From Dendrobates tinctorius (lineage: Eukaryota): a stretch of DNA of 64,000 nt. Under the pieces are notes generated by a model that was given only the letters and a program-made list of their open reading frames with translations, was not told the DNA's origin and ran no database searches. Every line of letters begins with the position of its first letter. Within the stretch, counting starts at the first letter, position 1. Below are positions 1-10,445 of this stretch, one piece after another. The stretch covers positions 7,812,001-7,876,000 of the forward strand of contig NW_027361869.1 of NCBI RefSeq assembly GCF_039654945.1, written 5' to 3'. The position numbers and the translations under genes were made by a program.

Positions 1-558
1 GAGATCTTTGCCCTCTTAATTCCACAAGAAACATGTGACCGAATTGTAATAGAAAGGGTGCATAGATCTCTTAGACCAAAGCCGAAACCAACGGAACCTC
101 CGAGGGATGTGATTTGCGGCCTACTGAGCTATTTGGATACCAATGCTATTTTGTCCGCTTCAAGAGACATTAAAAATCTTTCTTATGAGGGATCTGCTAT
201 TCATCTTTATCAGGATGTTGCGCCGTCGACCCTTGCAAAAAGAAGAGTCCTAAGGCCCCTCCTGGAGGTGTTACGCTCGCGTAAAATCTTGTATAAATGG
301 CTGTTTCCGTTTGGTATATCTATACAAGGAGATGGTAGGCAAATAATGGTTCGGACCCCTGAAGATTTACCCAAAATATGGGACGCTTTTGGCATTGCCC
401 CTATGGACATTCCTTCCTGGCTTCCCCTAGACATGGATCATCGTACGCCTCCCCCTGTTCATGCTTTTACTGGAGGACAGGGGGACTGGGTCTTGGGAAA
501 GAGACGCTCGACTCCCAAAAGAGGGAAATCTGGAACGGAAAAGGAGATACCCCCCTGA
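1..558 (+). CDS. L1 ORF1p, C-terminal part (partial)
   Basis: Frame open from base 1 (EIFALLIP...IERVHRSL...PRDVI...IHLYQDVAPSTLAKRR...YKWLFPF), matching L1 ORF1 RRM/CTD motifs. Confidence 0.85.
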   Translation, partial: EIFALLIPQETCDRIVIERVHRSLRPKPKPTEPPRDVICGLLSYLDTNAILSASRDIKNLSYEGSAIHLYQDVAPSTLAKRRVLRPLLEVLRSRKILYKWLFPFGISIQGDGRQIMVRTPEDLPKIWDAFGIAPMDIPSWLPLDMDHRTPPPVHAFTGGQGDWVLGKRRSTPKRGKSGTEKEIPP

Positions 559-933
559 GCTTTCTTGTGCTTCTCCCGGTTGTATTTGTTTTTTCCACAC
601 TGGAGCCGGACCCCTCGGCCCGTTCGGACATGCTTTATCCTATTTTAGCTTGCTAAGTTTGACATTTATTCAGGTGTTGATATCATTCAATTGCCGTATA
701 AGTTAACATATGCCACTCGTGTGTCAGAAATGTTTTTTCCTGTTCTGTTATAGGAGGTATTTTTGACCCCCTGCCTCTGCCACAGACAGGTAGTTGGTTC
801 TTGTTGTATTTCTCATGTTTTATCTTAATAATTTTTAGGTTTTTTGTTATTTTTCTTATCTCTTTGTTTTTTTCTTTTAATTTCTGTGGTTTGATGACGG
901 AGGAATCCTTTTTATTACCTTCTTTAACAAATA

Positions 934-3900
934 ATGGGTGATAAGGTGAACTTAGCCACTATAACTGTGGCCTCGTATAATGTAAAGGGCTTACGCTCTC
1001 CGAATAAGAGAAGCCAAGTGATGAATCTTTTGCACTCAAAGAAATCTAGTATAGTTTTCCTGCAGGAGACACATTTTAAAAAAGGGAGAGTCCCAGATAT
1101 GTCTAGATCTCGCTACCCGACCTGGTATCACAGTACGGGCGGTTCAGCGTCGGGTGGAGTGAGTATTGCTATAAAGAAAAATGTTCCTTTTATTTTGAGC
1201 GATTGTTTATCTGATTCAGAAGGCAGGTACATTATAATTAAGGGCTTTTTGGCTAACACTAAGATTACCTTGTGTAACTTATATGCCCCAAATAGGAACC
1301 AGATAGGTTGGCTGTGTAAAACATTGAATGTTCTGGAACTTTTTACTGAGGGTCTGTTGTTGGTGGGAGGGGATTTTAATGTATCTTTGAACCCAGCCTT
1401 AGATACTTCAACGGGCAGATCGGCTCTTTCTCAGAGGGCGCTGAGACGATTACACCTTTCATTACAAAAATTGCATCTGATAGACCCTTGGAGAACGCTT
1501 TTTCCTTCGGGCAGAGATTATACTTTTTATTCCCATCCGAATAATAGCTATCACAGAATTGATTACCTACTGGTACAAACAGCTAATCTCCAATTAGTTA
1601 GAAAAGCTAATATAGATATCATTTCTCTCTCAGATCACGCTCCCATTTTTCTTGACATAGAGATAAAAACTCTACCACGGCCGGCTGGGTCGTGGTCACT
1701 GAATGAAACTCTTTTGGACTCGGATTCTCACATTGAAAAACTGACAAGTACTCTTGACTTCTTTTTTCAGAATAATTTGCACTCAGGCCCGCCCTTGCCT
1801 ATGGTGTGGGAATCTCATAAAGCAGTAATGAGAGGGGAATTTATAGCCCTAGGCTCATATTTGAAAAAGGAGCGATCAAAAAAGGTTGTGTCTATTCTAC
1901 ATCAAATCAGTTCCTTCGAGAGGTTACATAAGAGATCTCAGGTAAATAAAATATTGTCAGAACTGTCAGATCTGAGAACCTCATTAAAAAACCTTTTAAA
2001 CATTAAATCAGCAAAAATTTATATGAGAAGTAGACAGAAGTTTTATCTCCATGGCAATAAGAGTAGTAAGCTTATGACATCCCTACTTAAGAAACAAAAG
2101 GAAAAGACGTTTATTAGACAACTTAGAGCTTTAGATGGCTCTTCAATTCTCGGGACTGCAGATATTGCCAGGGAGTTTAAAGACTTTTATGAAAATTTAT
2201 ACAATTTATATACACCTGATAGCATGCAGGAGCCAGTCACAGCCTTAGCAAAAATAAAAGAATTTTTGACCTCGTTACATCTCCCTAAAATAACTCTTGA
2301 AGGTCAGTCCTTATTGACTGCCCCAGTTACCCCTACAGAGATTTTAGACATTCTTTCTACTATTCCGAACGGAAAGGCACCGGGCCCAGATGGTCTTCCC
2401 ATTATCTATTATAAACAGTTTATAAAACCACTGTTACCTCACCTAGTGTCTTTGTTTAATTCCTATTTAGCAGGCCAGCTCCCCCCTAGACAATCCTTGG
2501 AGGCATACATCACAGTCCTCCCTAAGGAGGGTAAAGATCCCAATCTGTGCACTAGCTACAGACCAATATCACTGCTTAATGCAGATATCAAGATGTGGGC
2601 TAAAATATTAGCGGGCAGATTAAGCAATTTCTTACCTAAGCTAATTTATGCAGACCAAGTAGGCTTTGTAAGAGGCAGGGAGGGGAAGGATAATTCTACT
2701 AAAGTCATTCAGTCTATAATGTTTGCTAAGACTCGGGGTATGCCCTTGATGCTCTTGTCGACGGATGCTGAGAAGGCTTTCGATAGAGTGAGCTGGAGGT
2801 TTATGGAACAAGTAATGATTAAGTTTGGCTTCCCCCCTCAATATATAACAGCAGTCCTCTCGCTTTATTCACAACCGACGGCCAAGGTCAGAGTCAACGG
2901 CACCCTGTCAGATAGTTTTGGGATTAGCAACGGGACTAGACAGGGTTGCCCCTTGTCGCCTTCTTTGTTCATTTTAGTTATAGAAACTTTGATACAAAGC
3001 ATCAGACAAGATCAACGTATAGAGGGGTTGACGGTGGGTCAGAGGTCACTTAAGACTCTAGCTTTCGCAGACGATTTGCTTTTCCTTATCTCCAATCCAT
3101 CCCAGGCCTTTCCAATTATTCTTCAAGCCTTTCATCATTTTGGTCTCCTTTCTAATTTCAAAATCAATTTGTCAAAATCTGAAGTGTTAAACATTGGTCT
3201 CCCTCACTCTCAGACCTCCACCATTCGTACGCAGATTCCATTCTCTTGGGCTACTAATTCTATTAGATATTTGGGAATAATGATAACTAGAGACCCCACT
3301 AACCTATTCCATGACAATTACACTCCTTTAATTCAAAAGGTCAAAAACCTGATGCAGAAGTATAGCTTACCCACTTTATCCTGGATGGGTCGTATTAATG
3401 TGTTTAAGGCATATATAATGCCCATTATACTATATACCATGAACATGGTTCCGATTCGGATTCCCCTGACATTTTTTGGAACATTAAAATCCCTTATTGG
3501 AAAATTTATATGGAAAAATAAAAGGGCTAGGTTACCTTATAAGTTTCTTTCTCGTCCTCTCTCTTTTGGAGGGTTAGGGGTTCCAGACCTTCTTTTATAT
3601 TATAAGGCTATCCATCTCAGTAGATGGTTAAAGGTGGTGTCCTGTGCTGAAAGGGAGGAGGGGGATAGTGTTGACTGGGCTTTACTGGGCCCGAGAGGTT
3701 TGCCGTATCTCTGGACTAGGGCTAAGCCGCCGGCCTCTCTTAGGTTGGATGAGGTAACTACAACTACGTTGCGTATTAAAAGATTGGTAATGGGAGAGTT
3801 CCCGGAAGATACTTTCCCCTCCACATTGACACCGATTGGCTCAATTCCCTATTTGTTAGAGCAAGACTTTCAGGATCCATACAATTTATGGTCCAACCTC

Positions 3901-4740
3901 CCTAGAGAAACGTTAAATAGTTTTTATAGTAATAACACTTTGCGGGAGGGATCTTGGCCACAGGGGGCATCGGTCCAACCAACAAATTTTCTCCAGAAAC
4001 AACACATCAAACGCATACTTTTACAGTTTGGAAGGAGATTCCCGTCTAAATCTAATTGGTCCTGGCTAGATATTATGATTAAACTTCCATCCCCACGGCA
4101 GAAAATTATATCCCGCATTTACTCACATCTCATCTCTCCGAATGTACATTCTAAACCCTCATTTATACATTCGTGGGAAATTGAACTTAATATCACGTTT
4201 ACAGAAGATCAAATATCTAAAATGCTGTCAAATGCTAGGGGTTTTTCTAGATGTGTACTTTTGCAGGAGAATTCTTATAAAATATTAACTAGGTGGCATT
4301 TAACTCCAGCTAAGTTGTTCCAGTTAGGCCTCGTGGATAATGATGATTGCTGGCGATGCCTCAATCCTAGAGGACATCATACGCATATATTCTGGGAATG
4401 TCCTAGATTGCGAATTTTTTGGGAGGGAGTTGAGTTAGTTCTCAAAAAATTAGGATTAATAAAGGTGGATCTTGGAGCCACGGAAGCTCTCCTTTCATGC
4501 CCGTCAAAAGATTTTTTACCAAAAAAACATGGGCTTCTTCCACTGATGTTGAGTGCGGCGAGACAGTTGATAGCTGCCCATTGGAAGGATGTAGCTCCTC
4601 CCACGTTGGGAGAATGGTATACGAAAATAAATCAGATTTATCGTTTAGAGGAGCTGTCTAGCTGGGAAATCTATAATCATAAAGCTTTCGTGTCGACTTG
4701 GGCCCCTTGGAATAGGTACTTAGAAGACAATCCTCTTTAG
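934..4740 (+). CDS. L1 ORF2p: APE endonuclease, reverse transcriptase and C-terminal Cys-rich domain, 1268 aa, uninterrupted
   Basis: SYNVKGL, LQETH, GGDFN, RIDY, SDH (APE); KAPGPDG, YRPISLLN, DAEKAFD, GTRQGCPLSP, FADD, YLG (RT); CWRC...HIFWEC. Confidence 0.96.
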   Translation: MGDKVNLATITVASYNVKGLRSPNKRSQVMNLLHSKKSSIVFLQETHFKKGRVPDMSRSRYPTWYHSTGGSASGGVSIAIKKNVPFILSDCLSDSEGRYIIIKGFLANTKITLCNLYAPNRNQIGWLCKTLNVLELFTEGLLLVGGDFNVSLNPALDTSTGRSALSQRALRRLHLSLQKLHLIDPWRTLFPSGRDYTFYSHPNNSYHRIDYLLVQTANLQLVRKANIDIISLSDHAPIFLDIEIKTLPRPAGSWSLNETLLDSDSHIEKLTSTLDFFFQNNLHSGPPLPMVWESHKAVMRGEFIALGSYLKKERSKKVVSILHQISSFERLHKRSQVNKILSELSDLRTSLKNLLNIKSAKIYMRSRQKFYLHGNKSSKLMTSLLKKQKEKTFIRQLRALDGSSILGTADIAREFKDFYENLYNLYTPDSMQEPVTALAKIKEFLTSLHLPKITLEGQSLLTAPVTPTEILDILSTIPNGKAPGPDGLPIIYYKQFIKPLLPHLVSLFNSYLAGQLPPRQSLEAYITVLPKEGKDPNLCTSYRPISLLNADIKMWAKILAGRLSNFLPKLIYADQVGFVRGREGKDNSTKVIQSIMFAKTRGMPLMLLSTDAEKAFDRVSWRFMEQVMIKFGFPPQYITAVLSLYSQPTAKVRVNGTLSDSFGISNGTRQGCPLSPSLFILVIETLIQSIRQDQRIEGLTVGQRSLKTLAFADDLLFLISNPSQAFPIILQAFHHFGLLSNFKINLSKSEVLNIGLPHSQTSTIRTQIPFSWATNSIRYLGIMITRDPTNLFHDNYTPLIQKVKNLMQKYSLPTLSWMGRINVFKAYIMPIILYTMNMVPIRIPLTFFGTLKSLIGKFIWKNKRARLPYKFLSRPLSFGGLGVPDLLLYYKAIHLSRWLKVVSCAEREEGDSVDWALLGPRGLPYLWTRAKPPASLRLDEVTTTTLRIKRLVMGEFPEDTFPSTLTPIGSIPYLLEQDFQDPYNLWSNLPRETLNSFYSNNTLREGSWPQGASVQPTNFLQKQHIKRILLQFGRRFPSKSNWSWLDIMIKLPSPRQKIISRIYSHLISPNVHSKPSFIHSWEIELNITFTEDQISKMLSNARGFSRCVLLQENSYKILTRWHLTPAKLFQLGLVDNDDCWRCLNPRGHHTHIFWECPRLRIFWEGVELVLKKLGLIKVDLGATEALLSCPSKDFLPKKHGLLPLMLSAARQLIAAHWKDVAPPTLGEWYTKINQIYRLEELSSWEIYNHKAFVSTWAPWNRYLEDNPL

Positions 4741-4986
4741 GAACATTCTGGAGTTTTTTGTTTTGTTAGGCTCTACTGAATTGGGTGGCTTCTGCTTTGG
4801 GGCTCCTGGCCTTACTACCCCATATTAGATAGCTCAATTGTATTACATGGAGAAGCGTTATTTTTTGAAGTGCACCCATGCAATGATTGTGCTCATGTTG
4901 TCAACCACATGTTGTTATTGTTAATGTTGTTGATATTGTATATGAATATGTTCCCTTTTCCCCTTCCCTTTCTTTTTTCCTTTCCT

Positions 4987-7649
4987 GATGGCGGCCGGTG
5001 ATTGTCCACATCAGTGACTGCTGCTCCTCCCGGAGGGCGATCCCGTGATGGCGGCTCTGGAGGGCCGGACTCTGCGCGGTTCTCTGTGTGACCGGATTGT
5101 GATGTCCGCTAATAATCCTCGGCGGAAGAAGAGCGGGAAGTTCAAATCCCCAAACGGATCCTGCGATCAGACAATGAGCGGGAATCCTCGGTTAAGCGCC
5201 GCCCTCAGCCTTCAGCGATGTACATAGACGCCTTTCCTCCTCTGTTTAACCTCTTACTTGCCTTGTTCCTGCTGATCCCCTCTTATTTACCAGTGTTCAT
5301 AGATGCGCCACCTTCATCTCACATCGGGCTCCTCGAGAACATCTGCTGCTTATAGCCCCCTGTAATCAGTGCAGAAACAGCTGGGAGTCCCGATAATACT
5401 GTAAGTGACTGAGGAGATTGCGGCACGTGCAGATCGAGCTAATTGCCATCATTGGTGAAAAGTCCTAGAGCTACACAGAGGGTTAACCCCACATTAGTGT
5501 AGTGTAATTATCCGCAGGTTCACTGAACAAATATTATGTAACAGAAGAAAATTAATTAAGCCAATAAACCACAAATCCTCCTGCTTTTCTGTAATTACTA
5601 AAAAAAAAAAAGCACAGATGAAAACCTATGTACTGATGGGGGAGCGTGATAGGCGACGCGCTGGTTCCAGCATCAATGTGCTCTCCATCCGCATGCCATA
5701 CTCCATACCCCGTCCCCCATTTTTGGCCTGTATGATCAGTGCCACCACTTCACCCCTGCAGAGTTCTATAATGAGTGCCACCACCTCGTCCCTGCTGACC
5801 TGTATGTTCAGTGCCACCACCTTTTCCCTGCAGAGCTGTATGTTCAGTGCCACCACCTTTACATGCAGAGCTGTATGATCAGTGCCACCACCTTTTCGCC
5901 GCAGAACTGTATAATCAGTGCCACCACATTGTCAACGCAAGCTGTATGATCAGTGCCACCACCTACTCCTTGCAGAGCTGTATGATCAGTGCCACCACCT
6001 AATCCCTGCAGAGCTTTTTGATCAGTGCCACCACGTCATCCCCTCAGGGCTACCTGATTAGTGCCACCACCTTGTACACGCAAAGCTGTCTGATCAGTGC
6101 CACCACCTTGTCCACGAAAAGTTGCATGATCAGTGCCACCACCTCGTCTCTGCAGACCTGTATGATCAGTGCCACTACATCATCCCTGCAGAGCTTTATG
6201 ATCAGTACCACCATCTTGTCCCAGCAGAGCTGTACGATCAGTGCCACCACCTATTCCCTGCAGAGCTGTATGATCAGTGCCACCACCTCCTCCCTGCAGA
6301 GCTGTATGATCAGTGCCACAACCTCATCCCTGCAAACCAGTATGTTTAGTGCCACAACCTCCTCCCTGTAGAGCTGTCTGATCAGTGCCACCACCTTGTC
6401 CGCGCTGAGCTGTATGTTCAATAACACCACCTTTTCCCTGCAGACCTGTGTGATCAGTGCCACCACCTTGTCGCCGCAGAACTGTATAATCAGTGCCACC
6501 ACCTTGTCGCCGCAGAGGTGTATGATCAGCGTCACCAACTTTTCCCTGAAGAGCTGTATGATCAGTGCCACCACCTCATCCCTGCAGGGCTGTATGATCT
6601 GTGCTACTGAAACATCCCTGCAGAGCTGTATGATCGGTGCCACTACCTCATCCCTGCAGAACTGCATGATCAGTGCCACGACCTCATCACTGCAGAGCTG
6701 TATGATCAGTGCCAACATCTTGTCCCCACAAAGCTGTATCATAAGTGCCACCACTTTGTCCGAGCAGAGCTGTATGATCAGTGCCATCAAATTATCCCGG
6801 GAGAGCTCTATTATCAGTGCCACCACCTACTCCCTGCAGAGCTGTATGATCAGTGCCACCATCTCCTCCCTGCAAATCTGTATAATCAGTGCCACCACCT
6901 CCTCTCTGCAGAGCTGTATGATCTGTGCCACCACCACATCCCTGCAAACCAGTATGTTCAGTGCGACAACCTCCTCCCTGCAGAGCTGTATAATCAGTGC
7001 CACCACCTTGTCTCTGCAGAGCTGTATGATTAGTGCCACCACCTGGTCCTTGCAGAGCTGTATGATCAGTAACACCACCTTGTCGCCGCAGAGGTGTATG
7101 ATCAGTGCCACCACCTCATCCCTGCAGGCTGTATGATCTGTGCTACTGAATCATACCTGCAGAGCTGTATGATCGGTGTCACTACCTCATCCCTGCAGAA
7201 CTGCATGATCAGTGCCACCACCTTGTCCCCACAAAGCTGTATCATAAGTGCCACCACTTTGTGCGAGCAGAGCTGTATGATCAGTGTCACCAACTTTTCC
7301 CTGCAGAGCTGTATGATCAGTGCCATCACCTCATCCCTACAGGGCTGTATGATCTGTTCTACTGAATCATCCCTGCAGAGCTGTATGATCGGTGCCACTA
7401 CATCATCCCTGCAGAACTGCATAATCAGTGCCACGACCTCGTCACTGCAGAGCTGTATGATTAGTACCACCACCTTGTGGCCGCAGAGGTGTATGATCAG
7501 TGCCACCTCCTCGTCCCTGCAGAGCTGTATGATCTGAGCCACTATCTCATCCCTGCAGAACTGCATGATCAGTGCCTCCAACTTATCCCTAAAGAGATGT
7601 ATAATCAGTGCAACCACATTGTCCCCGCAAAGCTGTATGATCAGTGCCA
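4987..7649 (+). repeat. Segmental duplicate, copy 1 (H2A 3' flank, array leader and first ~53 satellite units)
   Basis: Almost base-for-base identical to 57666-60329 (offset 52,679-52,680; ORF pairs 5045/57724, 5618/58298, 7094/59774). Confidence 0.93.
5133..5157 (-). promoter_or_regulatory. Composite MYB-like/CHR/E2F element (duplicate of 57812-57836)
   Basis: Minus strand reads CCGTT-TGGGGA-TTTGAA-CTTCCCGC. Confidence 0.55.
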
Positions 7650-10445
7650 ACACCTCGTCCTTGCAGAGCTGTTTGATCAGTGCCACCACCTTGTCCATGA
7701 AAAGCTGTATGATCAGTGCCACCACCTCGTCCCTGCAAAGCTGTATGAGGAGTGCTACCACCTCATCTCTGCAGAACTGTATCATCAGTGCCACCACATC
7801 ATCCCTGCAGATCTTCATGTTCAGTGCCACCATCTTGTCCCCGCAGAGCTGTATGATCAGTGCCACCACCTCCTCCCTGCAGAGCAGTATGATTAGTACC
7901 TACACCTCATCCTTGTGGAGCTTTAAGATCAGAGCCACCACCTTGTCCACGCTGAGCTATATGTTCAGTGCCACCACCTTGTCCCCGCAAAGCTGTATCA
8001 TAAGTGCCACCACTTTGTCTGAGCAGAGCTGTTTGATCAGTGCCATCAAATTGTCCCCACAGATCAGTGCCACCATCTCCTCTCTGCAAAGCTGTATAAT
8101 CAGTGCCACCACCTCCTCTCTGCAGAGCTTTATGATCAGTGCCACCACCTGGTCCTTGCACAGCTGTATGATCAGTACCACCACCTTGTCGACGCAGAGG
8201 TGTATGATCAGTGTCACCAAATTTTCCCTGCAGAGCTGTATGATCAGTGCCACCACCTCATCCCTGCAGAACTGCATGATCAGTGCCACAACCTAGTCAC
8301 TGCAGAGCTGTATGATCAGTGCCACCACCTTGTCCCCACAAAGCTGTATCATAAGTGCCACCACTTTGTCCGAGCAGAGCTGTATGATCAGTGCCATCAA
8401 ATTGTCCCCGCAGAGCTGTATGATCAGTGCCACCACCTACTCCCTGCAAAGTTTTATGATCAGTACCACGATCTCCTCCCTGCAAAGCTGTATGATCTGT
8501 GCCACTACCTCATCCCTACAGAGCTATATGATCTGTGCCACTACCTCATCCCTGCAGAACTGCATGATCAGTGCCACAACCTAGCCACTGCAGAGCTGTA
8601 TGATCAGTGCCACCACCTTGTCCCCACAAAGCTGTATCATAAGTGCCACCACTTTGTCCGAGCAGAGCTGTACGATCAGTGCAATCAAATTCTCCCCGCA
8701 GAGCTGTATGATCAGTGCAATCAAATTCTCCCCGCAGAGCTGTATGATCAGTGCCACCACCTACTCCCTGCAGAGCTTTATGATCAGTGCCACCATCTCC
8801 TACCTGCAAAGCTGTATAATCAGTGCCACCACCTCCTCTCTGCAGAGCTGTATGATCTGTGCCACTACCTCATCCCTAAAGAGCTGTATGATCAGTGCCA
8901 CAACCTCATCCCTGAAGAACCGCATGATCAGTGCCTCCAACTTATACCTTAAGAGATGTATAATCAGTGCAACCACTTTGTCCCCGAAAAGCTGTATGAT
9001 CAGTGCCAACACCTCGTCCTTGCAGAGCTGTTTGATCAGTGTCACCACCTCTTCCCTGCAGAGCAGTATGATCAGTGACATCACCTCTTACCTATAGAGC
9101 TGCATGATCAGTGCCACCTCCTCGTCCCTGCAGAGCTGTGTGATCTGTGCCACCAACTCCTCCCTGCAGAGCTGTATGATCAGTGCCACCATCTTATCCA
9201 CACAGAGCTGTATAATCAGTGCCACCTCCTACTTCCTGCAGAGCTGTATGATCAGTGCCACCATCTCCTCCCTGCAGAGCTGTATAATCAGTGCCACCAC
9301 CTCGTCTCTGCAGAGCTGTTTGATTAGTGCCACCACCTGGTCCTTGCAGAGCTGTATGATCAGTACCACCACCTTATCGCCGCAGAGGTGTATGATCAGT
9401 GTCACCACCTTGTCCCTGCAGAGCTGTATGATCAGTGCCACCACCTTGTCCCTGCAGGTCTGTAGGATCTGTGCCACTACCTCATCCCTGCAAAGCTGTT
9501 TAATCAGTGCCACCACCTCCTCTCTGCAGAGCTGTATGATCTGTGCCACTACCTCATTCCTGAAGAGCTGTATGATCTGTGCCACTACCTCATCCCTGCA
9601 GAGCTGTATGATCAGTGCCACAACCTCATCCCTGAAGAACCGCATGATCAGTGCCTCCAACTTATACCTTAAGAGATGTATAATCAGTGCAAACACATTG
9701 TCCCCGCAAAGCTGTATGATCAGTGCCACCACCTGGTCCTTGCAGAGCTGTATGATCAGTACCACCACCTTATCGCCGCAGAGGTGTATGATCAGTGTCA
9801 CCACCTTGTCACTGCAGAGCTGTATGATCAGTGCCACCACCTTGTCCCTGCAGGTCTGTAGGATCTGTGCCACTACCTCATCCCTGCAAAGCTGTATAAT
9901 CAGTGCCACCACCTCCTCTCTGCAGAGCTGTATGATCTGTGCCACTACCTCATTCCTGAAGAGCTGTATGATCAGTGCCACCACCTCCTCCCTGAAGAGC
10001 TGTATGATCAGTGCCACCACTTCCTCCCCGCAGAACTGTATGATCAGTGCCACCACCTCATCCCTACAGAGCTGTAAGATCAGTGACACAACCTTGTCCC
10101 TGCAGAGCCTTATGATCAGTGCCACCGCCTCCTCCCCACAGAGCTGTATGATCAGTGCAACCACCTCATCACTGCAGAGCTGTATCTTCAGTGCCACCAC
10201 CTCATCCCTGCAGAGCTGTATGATCAGTGCCACTACCTCATCACTGCAAACAAGTATGTTCAGTGCCACCACCTCCTCCCTGTAGAGCTGTCTGATTAGT
10301 ACCACCACCTTGTCCACGCTGAGCTGTATGTTCAGTGCCACCACCTTTTCCCTGCAGAGCTGTATGTTCAGCACCACCACCTCCTCCCTGCAGAGCTGTA
10401 TTATCAGTACCACCACCCTGTCCCCGCAGAGTTGTATGATCAGTG
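5728..10445 (+). repeat. 36-bp tandem satellite (histone 3'-end/HDE-derived), segment 1
   Basis: Consensus about TCAGTGCCACCACCT(C/T)(A/G/C)TCCC(T/C)GCAGAGCTGTATGA with a 36-bp period, giving 12-aa periodic ORFs. Confidence 0.98.

Larger units (their letters stand above)
1..4986 (+). mobile_element. LINE-1 (L1 clade) retrotransposon; 5' end outside the window, no poly(A) tail at the 3' end
   Basis: ORF1 C-terminus, T-rich inter-ORF spacer (559-933), intact ORF2 and a pyrimidine-rich 3' UTR that ends abruptly at the duplicated segment starting at 4987. Confidence 0.93.

Noticed and set aside
5728-10445. Intact SLBP-binding stem-loops in satellite units
   Set aside because: The 5' arm GGCTC is absent. 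Only a weak GCTG/CAGT hairpin can form, which does not fit the 6-bp stem and 4-nt loop consensus.
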